A model generated the notes under the pieces. It was not told the origin of the DNA and did no database searches. It worked only from the letters and a program-made list of their open reading frames with translations. A DNA stretch of 49,302 bases from Candidatus Nomurabacteria bacterium RIFCSPHIGHO2_01_FULL_40_20 (lineage in GTDB: Bacteria; Patescibacteriota; Minisyncoccia; Phycocordibacterales; UBA9973). Shown here piece after piece: positions 39,284 to 49,302 of this stretch (position 1 is the first letter of the stretch; each line of letters opens with the position of its first letter). Location of the stretch: the NCBI GenBank assembly GCA_001786835.1, contig MFTO01000001.1, positions 1-49,302 on the forward strand, given 5' to 3'. A program made the position numbers and the translations under genes.

Positions 39284-40810
39284 CTACTCAAACTCCGTAG
39301 TTGCTGGGGGTTTGGGGGTCATGTCAAAAAATACACGAACAATGTCTTTGTGCTTGATGAGGGCGCTGGTAATTTCATCTGCAACTTCGGGTGGAAAGTG
39401 GTAACCTTTTGCAGTCATAAAGTCCACCGTCTGCACTGCACGCACAGCAAGAGAGTGGCCATATACTCGCTCGTCACCTTTAACTCCCACCGAGTTGATG
39501 CCGAGCATAGCGACGATGAGTTGAGAAATTTGTTTATCTAAATTGTGTCTCACCAAAATCTCTCTTACTTTGGCATCCGCTTCTCTCACTAGAGCCATTT
39601 TCTCTGCATCAACCGGAGTGCCGACGACACGCAGATACAACCCCGGCCCGGGGAAGGGCGCGCGGTTGTAAACACTCTCCGGCAAGCCGAGAGTTTTGCC
39701 CAGCTCTCGCACTTCGTATTTAAAAAGATGCCGGAGCGGGTGCAGGTCATCCACTTCAAAACCGAGCCCCACATTGTGGTGCGTTTTAATCATTGCCGAC
39801 TCCCCCACTTGTCCGCTCTCAATGATGTCGGTCGCTAGGGTCCCTTGCGCGATGAACTTTGCTTTGTGTTTTAAAATCTCCGCTTCAAAAACTTTTTTGT
39901 AAACTTCGCGGAATTTTTCTCGTTTTTCTTCGGCGTCAATAGTTTTGCCGATATTTTCTAAAAAATCCGCTTTGGCGTCAACGATGCTTATCTTTTTTAC
40001 TCCGGCAGACGTTACATTTTTCTTGAGCTCCTCCATTTCGCCCTCTCGCAGTCCACCAGTATCAATCGCAAGGCACACCAAACGCTCCCCGAGTGCCGGA
40101 GCGAGGATTCCTGCCAAAACCGTAGAATCCACTCCACCGGAAACTCCCAAGACCACTTTATTTTTCTCGCCAACTATCCTCTTCACTTCCTCTTCCATCT
40201 CAACAATCAAATCTTTAGGGTCCCAATCTTTTACACAATGAGCTAAATTTATAAAATTCTGCAGAATTTTTTTGCCTTCTTTGGTATCGGTCACTTCCGG
40301 ATGAAATTGCACACCCAAGACGCGATTATTTTTATCCGTCATCCCGGCTATACCCTCTGATATGGCGATAGATTCAAAACCCTCCGGAATTTTTGTCACT
40401 GTATCGCCGTGGCTCGCCCAAACTTCGGTCTCTTTTGCTACACCTATAAAAAGCGGATGCGAAGTTTTTAATTTCACTTTAGCTGGTCCATATTCGCGAT
40501 GCCCCAGTGGTCTGTCCACATTTCCACCCAAAGTATACGCCAAAAGTTGCATACCATAACAAATTCCTAAAACTACATACTTGGCGCCAGAGGTATCAAG
40601 AGAAGCCGGTAGTTTGGGAGCGTTTTCACTATAGACACTCCAATTACTTCCAGAGAGAATTACACTTTTCGGATTATTTTCTTTGAGCCAGATTTCGGCT
40701 TTCTCGGATGGTAAAATAATACTTCGCACTCCGAGCTCTCGCAGAGTCCGCCCGATAACGAGAGTGTATTGTGAGCCATAATCCACGATTAATATTTGAA
40801 TACCGTCCAT
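39284..40810 (-). CDS. guaA: GMP synthase (glutamine-hydrolysing)
   Basis: DYGSQY, GICYGMQ, QFHPEV, SGGVDS, IKTHHNV, FPGPGL, KPPATTEFE. Confidence 0.97.
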   Translation of the reverse strand: MDGIQILIVDYGSQYTLVIGRTLRELGVRSIILPSEKAEIWLKENNPKSVILSGSNWSVYSENAPKLPASLDTSGAKYVVLGICYGMQLLAYTLGGNVDRPLGHREYGPAKVKLKTSHPLFIGVAKETEVWASHGDTVTKIPEGFESIAISEGIAGMTDKNNRVLGVQFHPEVTDTKEGKKILQNFINLAHCVKDWDPKDLIVEMEEEVKRIVGEKNKVVLGVSGGVDSTVLAGILAPALGERLVCLAIDTGGLREGEMEELKKNVTSAGVKKISIVDAKADFLENIGKTIDAEEKREKFREVYKKVFEAEILKHKAKFIAQGTLATDIIESGQVGESAMIKTHHNVGLGFEVDDLHPLRHLFKYEVRELGKTLGLPESVYNRAPFPGPGLYLRVVGTPVDAEKMALVREADAKVREILVRHNLDKQISQLIVAMLGINSVGVKGDERVYGHSLAVRAVQTVDFMTAKGYHFPPEVADEITSALIKHKDIVRVFFDMTPKPPATTEFE

Positions 40811-40848
40811 AATGGAGTAAATATAACACATTGTGCTAGAATAAAAAA

Positions 40849-42783
40849 ATGACACCGAAAACCAAGGTTGTTACTATAATTCCTTTTAAAAAAGGGCCTT
40901 TCGGCAACAACTTGACTTATTTTTCAAATAAAGACATCAAGTCGGGAGACATCGTGGAGACTATGCTCCGCAGTAAAAAAATTCTCGGACTGGTGATTTC
41001 GGCGGAAGACGCCACTCTGCACAAGAGCGAAATCAAAAAGATGAATTTTGATTTGAAAAAAATCGTGGGGGTAAAAGAGTATTCACTTTTCGACAAAGAA
41101 TTTTTGGCTAGCTTGAGAGAAACCAGTAAATATTTTGCCATCCGCGAAAACGATGTGGCTTCCGCGCTTATCCCGTCTGTTTTGAAAGAAAATTATGACA
41201 AGATAGCGAAGTTTTCTGCTGATACGAAGAATAACAAGGAAAATTCAAAAGAAAAAACCCGAGCGGAAAAATTATTACTTCAAGAAAAGCCGGAAGATCG
41301 AATTTCTTTTTATAAAACCCTTATTCGAGGCTCTTTTGCGGAAAAAAAATCGGTGTTTATGGTATTGCCAACTCTAAAAGATATCGAGGAATTAGAAAAA
41401 GAGCTCGGTCGGGGCATAGAACAATTCACCATAAAACTCCATAGCGAAATCAGTCCTAAAAAAATTCTCTCGGGTATTGAAAAAATTTTGACCTTACCCC
41501 ATCCGGTGTTCATTTTGGGCACAGCGCCATTTTTATCCGTCCCTCGGGAAGACCTTGCTACCATTATTTTGGAGCGCGAAAATACCGGAGCTTACAGGAT
41601 GCTGGGGCACCCCTTCATTGACCTTAGGATATTTGCAGAAATTTTCGCTTCCAAAATAAACGCGAAATTTATCCTCGCCGATACACTACTTCGTTTGGAG
41701 TCTATCGCGCGAATAGAATTTGATTATTTTACGCCCATCTCCCCTTTATCTTACAGAATAAATTTTGAGGGAGAAATAGAGATTCTAGACATGGGAGAAA
41801 AATTCCAAGTGCTGAAAGGACTCGCCAAAGAAGAAATGACGGGAAGGTTAGTGAAAAAACAAAATATTTTTATTTTTACTCTCCGCAAGGGACTCGCCAC
41901 TCTGACTCTGTGTCGAGATTGTGGAGAAACACTTTTTTGCGAGAAATGTTCTGCGCCCCTGGTGCTTTATTTTTCCAAAGACGGCAAGAAAAGAATGTTC
42001 GTTTGTAATAAATGCAACACTGAAAAAAGCTCGGATACTGTTTGCCCCGATTGCGGAAGCTGGAACTTGATGCCACTCGGAATCGGAGTAGACACGGTAT
42101 ATGAGGAAATAAAAAAAGATTTTCCTAAAGCTAAAATTTTCAAACTAAGTAAGGAGTCCGTAAAAAATCAAAAAGGTGCAGAAAAAATCATCAAAGAATT
42201 TGAAGAATCTTCGGGCTCTATTTTAGTAGGCACCCAAATGGCGCTCCCATATCTCAAAGAAAAAGTGCCTCTCTCCATCATCGCTTCTTTTGATACGCTT
42301 TGGAGCATTCCGAATTTTAAGATGAGCGAGAAAATCATAGAGATCCTAATCGCTCTGGTTTCTAAAACTAAAGATAAAATAATTATTCAAACCAAAAACA
42401 CGAAAGACGATGCTCTCCTCGCGGTGAAGGGAGAAAATTTGAGCTCTTTTGTGCGCGAAGAATTAAGAATCAGAAAAAAATTGGGTTATCCGCCTTATAA
42501 AAGATTTATCAAAATTGCTTACACTGGTAATAATCTTGAAGTCTCTAGAGCTAGAGAGTTCTTGCAAAAAACATTTGCAGGGTATAGTCCGGAGATTTTT
42601 GGCGGTTTTATCACAAAAACAAAAAACAAATATTCCACAAACGCGCTTATAAAACTAGACCAAAAAGAGTGGTCTGTGCCCGCGCTTTCCTTGTCTTCCT
42701 CCGTAGACGAACGGCTCTCCTCTCTCCTTTCTTCCCTCCCGCCATCTTTCACGGTCTCTGTAGACCCGGAAAATCTGCTTTAA
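40849..42783 (+). CDS. priA: Primosomal protein N' (PriA) with degenerate helicase motifs
   Basis: N-terminal 3'-DNA-binding domain, CRDCG..CEKC..CNKC..CPDCGS zinc region, ILVGTQMA, GYPPY. Confidence 0.88.
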   Translation: MTPKTKVVTIIPFKKGPFGNNLTYFSNKDIKSGDIVETMLRSKKILGLVISAEDATLHKSEIKKMNFDLKKIVGVKEYSLFDKEFLASLRETSKYFAIRENDVASALIPSVLKENYDKIAKFSADTKNNKENSKEKTRAEKLLLQEKPEDRISFYKTLIRGSFAEKKSVFMVLPTLKDIEELEKELGRGIEQFTIKLHSEISPKKILSGIEKILTLPHPVFILGTAPFLSVPREDLATIILERENTGAYRMLGHPFIDLRIFAEIFASKINAKFILADTLLRLESIARIEFDYFTPISPLSYRINFEGEIEILDMGEKFQVLKGLAKEEMTGRLVKKQNIFIFTLRKGLATLTLCRDCGETLFCEKCSAPLVLYFSKDGKKRMFVCNKCNTEKSSDTVCPDCGSWNLMPLGIGVDTVYEEIKKDFPKAKIFKLSKESVKNQKGAEKIIKEFEESSGSILVGTQMALPYLKEKVPLSIIASFDTLWSIPNFKMSEKIIEILIALVSKTKDKIIIQTKNTKDDALLAVKGENLSSFVREELRIRKKLGYPPYKRFIKIAYTGNNLEVSRAREFLQKTFAGYSPEIFGGFITKTKNKYSTNALIKLDQKEWSVPALSLSSSVDERLSSLLSSLPPSFTVSVDPENLL

Positions 42784-42802
42784 ATTGTGTTAAAATATTT
42801 TT

Positions 42803-43213
42803 ATGACAGCGCTTACTTTACTTTTCACACTCGCCTCAATCGGTATCAGTGAGACGGTTTACCTTATCCGCACTAGGGAAAAGGCCGAACTTCCTGTCTG
42901 CCCGATTGGTGAGGGTTGCGCTGTGGTGCTCACCAGCCGGTGGAGTAAGATTTTAATTATTCCAAATGATGTAATGGGTTTTCTGGCTTACATAGCTATT
43001 GCCTTTATGTCTGCTCTGCTCTTAATAGAAGTAGAACCCACGGCGCTCTTTAGTCTAGCGCTTAAAATTTTAGTCGGTTTCGCGTCTTTAGCTTCAATAT
43101 TTTTCACTTATCTCCAAGCTCGTGTTATCCGCGCTTGGTGCTTTTGGTGCCTAATGTCAGCTTGCACGATTTGGCTTATGGGACTTATAATAATCTTTAG
43201 TAAAACAATTTAA
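42803..43213 (+). CDS. Vitamin K epoxide reductase (VKOR) family protein
   Basis: CPIGEGCAVVLTSRWS, WCFWC. Confidence 0.92.
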   Translation: MTALTLLFTLASIGISETVYLIRTREKAELPVCPIGEGCAVVLTSRWSKILIIPNDVMGFLAYIAIAFMSALLLIEVEPTALFSLALKILVGFASLASIFFTYLQARVIRAWCFWCLMSACTIWLMGLIIIFSKTI

Positions 43214-43232
43214 ACCAAAATAAACAAATAGC

Positions 43233-43625
43233 ATGAATAAAACAGCATACAATATTTTAAGAGTTGGCTTGGGAATCACTTTTCTCTGGATTGGGATAAT
43301 CATTCTCAAAGAACCGGAGGCTTGGGGAAGCTATATTCAAAATTGGGTGGTAGAGTTATTGCCACTGCCAATAAAAGACATCATGATAAGCACGGCTATT
43401 CTAGACATTATCATTGGCTTTTTATTACTTATAGATACTTGGGTGTGGATTGCCGCGATTGTCGGCGCGCTTCACTTGGTAGTGGTGCTCGTGGTAAGTG
43501 GAATTACCGAAATCACAGTGCGAGACCTAGGCATAATGGCTGGAATGTTTGCCCTGTTTGCGCAAACCCTACCTCAATCTATAATTCAAAAGTTCAAACG
43601 CAAACCTACGCCACTAGCACCGTAA
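43233..43625 (+). CDS. DoxX-like membrane protein
   Basis: LRVGLGITFLWIG...VRDLGI. Confidence 0.75.
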   Translation: MNKTAYNILRVGLGITFLWIGIIILKEPEAWGSYIQNWVVELLPLPIKDIMISTAILDIIIGFLLLIDTWVWIAAIVGALHLVVVLVVSGITEITVRDLGIMAGMFALFAQTLPQSIIQKFKRKPTPLAP

Positions 43626-44277
43626 ACTCTCCTTTTTGTTTTACCGGATTTTTAGTTAGATATTCCAGCATTTCTTTTGCCGAGCCGGTTTTTATTTCTT
43701 CGTAAATTTTGGTGAGCTCGCGCGCGAGGCAGACTTTTTTGTCGGGGCAAAATTTTTGCAAAGATTCCAGAGTTTTCAAAATCCGATGTGGGGATTCGTA
43801 AAACACGACTGTGCGTTTAGACTGCGCAATTTCTTTAAACAAAGTTTCTCGGCCCTTTTTGTGTGGTAGAAATCCTAAGAATGTAAATTCATGGGTCGGA
43901 AGTCCGGACGCCGAGAGCGCAGTAATCACCGCTGTCGCTCCCGGAATCGGAATGACTTCTACATCCCTAAGCTCTGTTTTTATTTTAGACACAAGCATCG
44001 CACCGGGGTCAGATATCCCCGGAGTGCCAGCGTCTGATACCAAAGCCAAATCTTTACCACTTCGCAAGAGCTCAAAAATTTTGTCAGTTTTCCCAAGCTT
44101 ACTCTGAGCGTGATAACTCATAGTGGGCTTTTGGATGCTGTATTTTTGTAAAATTTTACCTGTCTCCCTAGTATTCTCACAAAGCACCAAATCCACGCTC
44201 TTGAGCGTTTCTATAGCCCGAAGCGTTATATCCCCCATATTTCCAATAGGCGTGGCTACTACGTAAAATTTGCTCAT
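43606..44277 (-). CDS. rsmI: 16S rRNA C1402 2'-O-methyltransferase
   Basis: VATPIGNMGDITLRA, VSDAGTPGISDPG, YESPHR, RELTKIYEE. Confidence 0.97.
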   Translation of the reverse strand: MSKFYVVATPIGNMGDITLRAIETLKSVDLVLCENTRETGKILQKYSIQKPTMSYHAQSKLGKTDKIFELLRSGKDLALVSDAGTPGISDPGAMLVSKIKTELRDVEVIPIPGATAVITALSASGLPTHEFTFLGFLPHKKGRETLFKEIAQSKRTVVFYESPHRILKTLESLQKFCPDKKVCLARELTKIYEEIKTGSAKEMLEYLTKNPVKQKGEFTVLVA

Positions 44278-44344
44278 TTGGAAATATTAGCATATTTTTG
44301 ACAAGAAACTACAATTATGACAATATATAAAAAACATTGAAATC

Positions 44345-44755
44345 ATGAAATGTACAACACTCGTTCTTTTGCTGACAATAATATCGGCAGGTTGTGGCAT
44401 GGAGCTAGAAATGGTTCTGCCAGAAACTGTGAATATTTTCGATGGAAAGTACTTTTCAGTCGTTTACGTTCCGAAAGGGGCAACTCACTCCTTATTGTCA
44501 GGTGGTATCGCGACTGAAAGTGGGTGGATAATTCAAAAAAAAGAGACTGCTATGAATATCGACGGATACTATTACCTCGATATGGGGCCTGAAAAAGGAA
44601 AGCGCTTAATTCCTGAATTGCATGGAAAATCCCTTGGATGGGTATTTCTATCAGTGGACAAGGAGGCTCATTCTGGTGATATGGTTGCGGTCGACGATTA
44701 CCAAGGTGACTGGCAACATATTGTATATGAGGAGGTGGCCATCTTGCGAATCTAA
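44345..44755 (+). CDS. Putative lipoprotein
   Basis: MKCTTLVLLLTIISAGC lipobox; own terminator. Confidence 0.65.
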   Translation: MKCTTLVLLLTIISAGCGMELEMVLPETVNIFDGKYFSVVYVPKGATHSLLSGGIATESGWIIQKKETAMNIDGYYYLDMGPEKGKRLIPELHGKSLGWVFLSVDKEAHSGDMVAVDDYQGDWQHIVYEEVAILRI

Positions 44756-44777
44756 AGATATCGGTTTTTCGGATAGT

Positions 44778-44816
44778 GCCGGGGTTGGTCCATTGGACAA
44801 CCTCGGCTATTTTTTT
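44778..44816 (+). terminator. Intrinsic terminator
   Basis: gccggggttg-gtccattggac-aacctcggc followed by a T tract. Confidence 0.8.
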
Positions 44817-44878
44817 ACCTAAAAAGCCATAAAATAAGGGGTTTCTACACCGGGTTTTCCACAGTTTCAGTGTTGACA

Positions 44879-45125
44879 TTGACAAAAGGGCTTAAATATG
44901 ATAGGATACTTGTGAACTCAATAAATCTTTGACAAATGTTTTCATAAGAGAGTTTTTGGTGACCCCAGTCCCCTATTTTTAGGAGCTTGAGGTAACCAAA
45001 AATCTCAAAACGTGAAAACTACAAAAATTATTCCGAAAGAAGAAGAAATCTCAACAGGAGAAATCCTTCTGTGTATTTTTTTCTTATTTCTCGTACTTTG
45101 TCTGGTATCAAACATTATGCCAGAT
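44879..45125 (+). promoter_or_regulatory. Promoter TTGACA-N17-TAGGAT followed by a long structured 5' leader
   Basis: -35 at 44879-44884, -10 at 44902-44907; hairpins at 44938-45019, about 45040-45084 and 45101-45124. Confidence 0.55.
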
Positions 45126-45182
45126 CCGCATTCGCCGTTATTTCAAGAATGATTTCATCACCACCGAAAAATCTGAAACACA

Positions 45183-45659
45183 ATGAAACAGCTTTTTTTG
45201 CTCTTCCTTATTTGTTGTGCAATCTTTTTTCTGATTTCATGTCAGAAGGAAGAATATGCATCACCCATGTCCACCACAGAAACTAAACCTGCAGACACTC
45301 TCTGCTTCAATGTCAAGATTCTTTATCAAGACTCCAGTAGCATGGAGATAAAGATTCTAGCTGCCTACGATCCCAAAACTTTGTATTTCACAGAGTTTGA
45401 CTCCACAAAAATGATGTTGGACACGGTAGCTGTCTTCCACGCCAATTTAGTTGTGGGTTCCTACTACTGGGAAATTCAAGAGTGGGTAAACGGAATGATG
45501 GTGACAATAGAAGTACCCATTACCGTTACTTGGTGCACAGAGCCAGTAGCTTATGTCACCTTGTCGGTTCCTTGGGGAACCTGCGGAGTCATAGGTTATG
45601 TACGTGGGGAGAGGTGTAAAATACCTCTCGACGGTCCGGGATCAATAACCCCGGGATAA
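45183..45659 (+). CDS. Putative lipoprotein (Bacteroidetes-style signal)
   Basis: MKQLFLLFLICCAIFFLISCQKEE. Confidence 0.7.
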   Translation: MKQLFLLFLICCAIFFLISCQKEEYASPMSTTETKPADTLCFNVKILYQDSSSMEIKILAAYDPKTLYFTEFDSTKMMLDTVAVFHANLVVGSYYWEIQEWVNGMMVTIEVPITVTWCTEPVAYVTLSVPWGTCGVIGYVRGERCKIPLDGPGSITPG

Positions 45660-45691
45660 AAATAAATTTTTCCAGTGCAAGCCGAAAGGCA

Positions 45692-45731
45692 AGAGAGCCT
45701 TGTTCACATTTGTGACAAGGCCTCTTTTTTT
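45692..45731 (+). terminator. Intrinsic terminator
   Basis: agagccttgttcac-attt-gtgacaaggcctct followed by a T tract. Confidence 0.8.
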
Positions 45732-45739
45732 GCCCAATT

Positions 45740-46204
45740 TTAATTTTCGGGATGCTTTAGAGTATGCAAATGGGAAAGTATGCCTATCGCTATCGCGATG
45801 ATGAGAATATTTTTTATAATATATTGCCCTTCGAGAGTCGGCACCAAGAAACCATCCCATGTAAACTGCGGAAGTAAAAATAAAGGCATAATCGTAGTAA
45901 TCAAATGTAGGGCTAAGACAAAAATAGCAAGACGTTCCAAATGCGGAATGATAAATAAAATACCGATAACCATTTCAAGAAGTCCAAAAGCAACCAGAAA
46001 AGATTCTGGGCTTATCCCCGGCATCGTAGCTTTAAGGAGAGCCACAACTAAAGGGCTTGCAGGCGAGAGCGCAAAAACTTTTAATATTCCAAACCAAAAA
46101 TAAATGAGAAATATGGCAAAGCGCGAAAACGGCATCGCCCATTTTTTGGCAAAGTGAATCATTTTTTCATCCCAAGTTTTTAATTTTCCATGAATTTCGT
46201 TCAT
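45740..46204 (-). CDS. DoxX/YkgB-like membrane protein
   Basis: RFAIFLIYFWFGILK..SPA...PTLEGQYIIKN; start trimmed to MNEIHG. Confidence 0.8.
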   Translation of the reverse strand: MNEIHGKLKTWDEKMIHFAKKWAMPFSRFAIFLIYFWFGILKVFALSPASPLVVALLKATMPGISPESFLVAFGLLEMVIGILFIIPHLERLAIFVLALHLITTIMPLFLLPQFTWDGFLVPTLEGQYIIKNILIIAIAIGILSHLHTLKHPEN

Positions 46205-46220
46205 ACAAATATTATAACAC

Positions 46221-46667
46221 TTACTTCCTATACTTTTTCTTACGCCACTTGTCAGCAATCTTTACTCTTGTAAGCGAGCGTTCGAGTTCGGCCTCAAAGT
46301 GTTCAAAATCAACTGTGCCTTTGTCTTCCATCATCTTGCGAAGCTCTTCGCTTTTCGCTTTAGCTTTGGCAATTGCTTCATCTGTGATATCCCCTACATG
46401 TTCGGCAAAATCCGCCAAAACTGCGACTTCGGTATTGCCGTCCGCCCCAATTTTCACTTCCACAAACCCTCCCGCCACAGCAAAAGGAATCGGCTCGCCA
46501 CCCGACATAGCTACAATGTCCCCTGACTTAAGCCCAACGATTATCGGAATATGTTCCGGCAAGACCGTAATCTCGCCTTCCAAGGTAGGCATAGTTACTT
46601 GGTCCACCATCTCCTCTAGCACCAAGCGCTCTGGGGTGACTATTTTTAAATTAATTTTCTTAATCAT
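46221..46667 (-). CDS. atpC: ATP synthase F1 epsilon subunit
   Basis: KIVTPER, GEITVLPEHIP, AGGFVEV. Confidence 0.95.
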   Translation of the reverse strand: MIKKINLKIVTPERLVLEEMVDQVTMPTLEGEITVLPEHIPIIVGLKSGDIVAMSGGEPIPFAVAGGFVEVKIGADGNTEVAVLADFAEHVGDITDEAIAKAKAKSEELRKMMEDKGTVDFEHFEAELERSLTRVKIADKWRKKKYRK

Positions 46668-46752
46668 TAGATTTAAGATTAGAGATTTTAGATTTGAGTA
46701 ATTAGATTCATTTGCATCTCACTACCAACTTTAATCTAAAATCTGCCAACTA
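46668..46752. repeat. 7-nt periodic AGATT/AATCT inverted repeat array between atpD and atpC
   Basis: AGATT at 46669, 46676, 46683, 46690, 46704; AATCT at 46733, 46740. Confidence 0.75.
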
Positions 46753-48174
<1,422 letters not shown>

Positions 48175-48537
48175 TTATTTCTTTGGTTTTAGTAATAATG
48201 ATTTTTCAAGACCGTATAACATTTTTGCACATTCTTCATATTCGTTATAAAACTCCTCAAATTCTTTCTTTTTTAAATATCCTTTCTTGGTCGCAATATC
48301 CAAATGATGCAATGTTTCTCTTAATTCCCCTTGTGATCGACTTATACATTCTGTAAAAATAGTCGTGTGTTTATTACCAAAACCTTCTGCTAAATTCGCT
48401 GGTATAGAATTAGAAGATCTTCTTAGCTGAGAACCAAGTTCGTATAATTCATATTTAGGAAATGTTAATGTTAAATCGTTCATTTTTAGTGCTAATATTG
48501 AAAGTCTTTTATAAACTTGTAAATCATTGAATTTCAT
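48175..48537 (-). CDS. Four-helix-bundle protein (23S rRNA IVP-like family)
   Basis: FNDLQVY...FPKYELYELGSQLRRSSNSIPANLAEG. Confidence 0.92.
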   Translation of the reverse strand: MKFNDLQVYKRLSILALKMNDLTLTFPKYELYELGSQLRRSSNSIPANLAEGFGNKHTTIFTECISRSQGELRETLHHLDIATKKGYLKKKEFEEFYNEYEECAKMLYGLEKSLLLKPKK

Positions 48538-48581
48538 CTCTAATCTTATATTTTTTAATTTAATCTGTAATCTTTAATCTG

Positions 48582-49302
48582 CTAACTAATGCTGACCATT
48601 CCTGCGCTTATTTCACTTATCTCCTGTGTAATGCCTGCTTGACGGGCTTTGTTAAATACTAAAGTTAGGTCATCTATCATTTCGCCGGAAGCCTCGGATG
48701 CATTTTTCATCGCTACCATTCTCGCGGATTGCTCGGAAGCATTAGACTCCAACATCATCTGATATATCTGCATCCTAGTCAATTTCTCCGCCAAGCTCCC
48801 AATCAGCGCATTCACATCCCCTTCTAACAAATAGTTCCCCCCCTGCTCTCTCTGCGGAAGACCGTCTTCCGCAGAATTTTCGGCTAGATTCTCAATAAAT
48901 TCTTTCAGTTCAGCTTTGGAAACCGGCAAGATTTGTTTCAAATGTGGCTTTTGGAAAAGCGCAGAGACATAGTCGGTGTAAGCCACTATTACTTTATCAT
49001 AGGTGCCCTTGGTGTATTCATCAATAAGCATTTTAGAAATTGGCAAAATGTCGCGGAGAGTTATGTGGTCTGGAAGTTCTACGAAGCTTGCGATAACATT
49101 TTTGCCAATTCTGCGCATCGCCCCGTCCCCCTTCTTACCAATAGTAATAACGTCAAAGACTGTCTTTGACATGTCGGATTTTAGGAGAGTAAGGGCTTTT
49201 TTGATAACTTGCGCATTGTAAGCTCCGCAGAGTCCACGATTAGATGTTATAAGTACAAGCAGTACTTGCCCTGAGCTCGTCGAAGGATTTTTTTGAACAA
49301 AA
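48582..49302 (-). CDS. atpG: ATP synthase F1 gamma subunit (5' end outside the window)
   Basis: ITSNRGLCGAYN, ASEQSARMVAMKNAS, NKARQAGITQEISEI. Confidence 0.97.
   Translation of the reverse strand, partial: FVQKNPSTSSGQVLLVLITSNRGLCGAYNAQVIKKALTLLKSDMSKTVFDVITIGKKGDGAMRRIGKNVIASFVELPDHITLRDILPISKMLIDEYTKGTYDKVIVAYTDYVSALFQKPHLKQILPVSKAELKEFIENLAENSAEDGLPQREQGGNYLLEGDVNALIGSLAEKLTRMQIYQMMLESNASEQSARMVAMKNASEASGEMIDDLTLVFNKARQAGITQEISEISAGMVSIS
48851..48875. repeat. Palindrome in-frame in atpG (12-bp arms)
   Basis: tctgcggaagac-c-gtcttccgcaga, encodes SAEDGLPQR. Confidence 0.85.
49152..49178. repeat. Palindrome in-frame in atpG
   Basis: gtcaaagac-t-gtctttgac overlapping gacatgtc, encodes SDMSKTVFD. 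Confidence 0.75.
49265..49286 (-). repeat. CTTCG..CTCAG-type element in-frame in atpG
   Basis: ccttcgacgagctcagggcaag encodes PSTSSGQ; related to 47807-47830 and 16256-16276. Confidence 0.7.

Noticed and set aside
45071-45286. 71-aa ORF overlapping the lipoprotein leader
   Set aside because: Overlaps the better supported 45183 gene and hairpin region; no coding signal
48175-48537. Avd-like protein indicating a diversity-generating retroelement
   Set aside because: No reverse transcriptase and no TR/VR pair with adenine-specific mismatches seen in the window

Overview
Gene-dense 49.3 kb bacterial window in standard code 11. Gene content and style (Cys-rich paralogues, stand-alone riboflavin kinase, archaeal-type AspRS, helicase-dead PriA, mostly leaderless genes) suggest a Patescibacteria/CPR (Parcubacteria-like) genome; this taxonomy is inference. 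Housekeeping genes (scpA, pepN-like M1 peptidase, aspS, prs, trpS, dnaB, recR, rplU, cysS, rseP, frr, holB, mreB, guaB, purA, guaA, priA, rsmI, atpCDG) alternate with AT-rich ORFan cassettes, two TA-like modules and phhAB. No rRNA, tRNA, CRISPR or transposase was seen. Highlights: (1) a TrpR/YerC (HisR-like) repressor gene whose own C-terminal His-His codons sit on a complete 1:2/2:3/3:4 attenuator, so the regulator gene appears to double as a leader peptide; (2) an unannotated Tyr-Tyr leader peptide with terminator/antiterminator before phenylalanine hydroxylase; (3) many small palindromic elements inserted in-frame in essential proteins; (4) a four-helix-bundle gene in the atp operon bracketed by complementary 7-nt repeats, with empty copies nearby; (5) a Bacteroidetes-like sigma factor with eroded promoter-recognition residues; (6) a Doc islet inserted with a duplication of the phhB 3' end; (7) an exact 455-bp duplication frameshifting pepN, possibly an assembly artefact.
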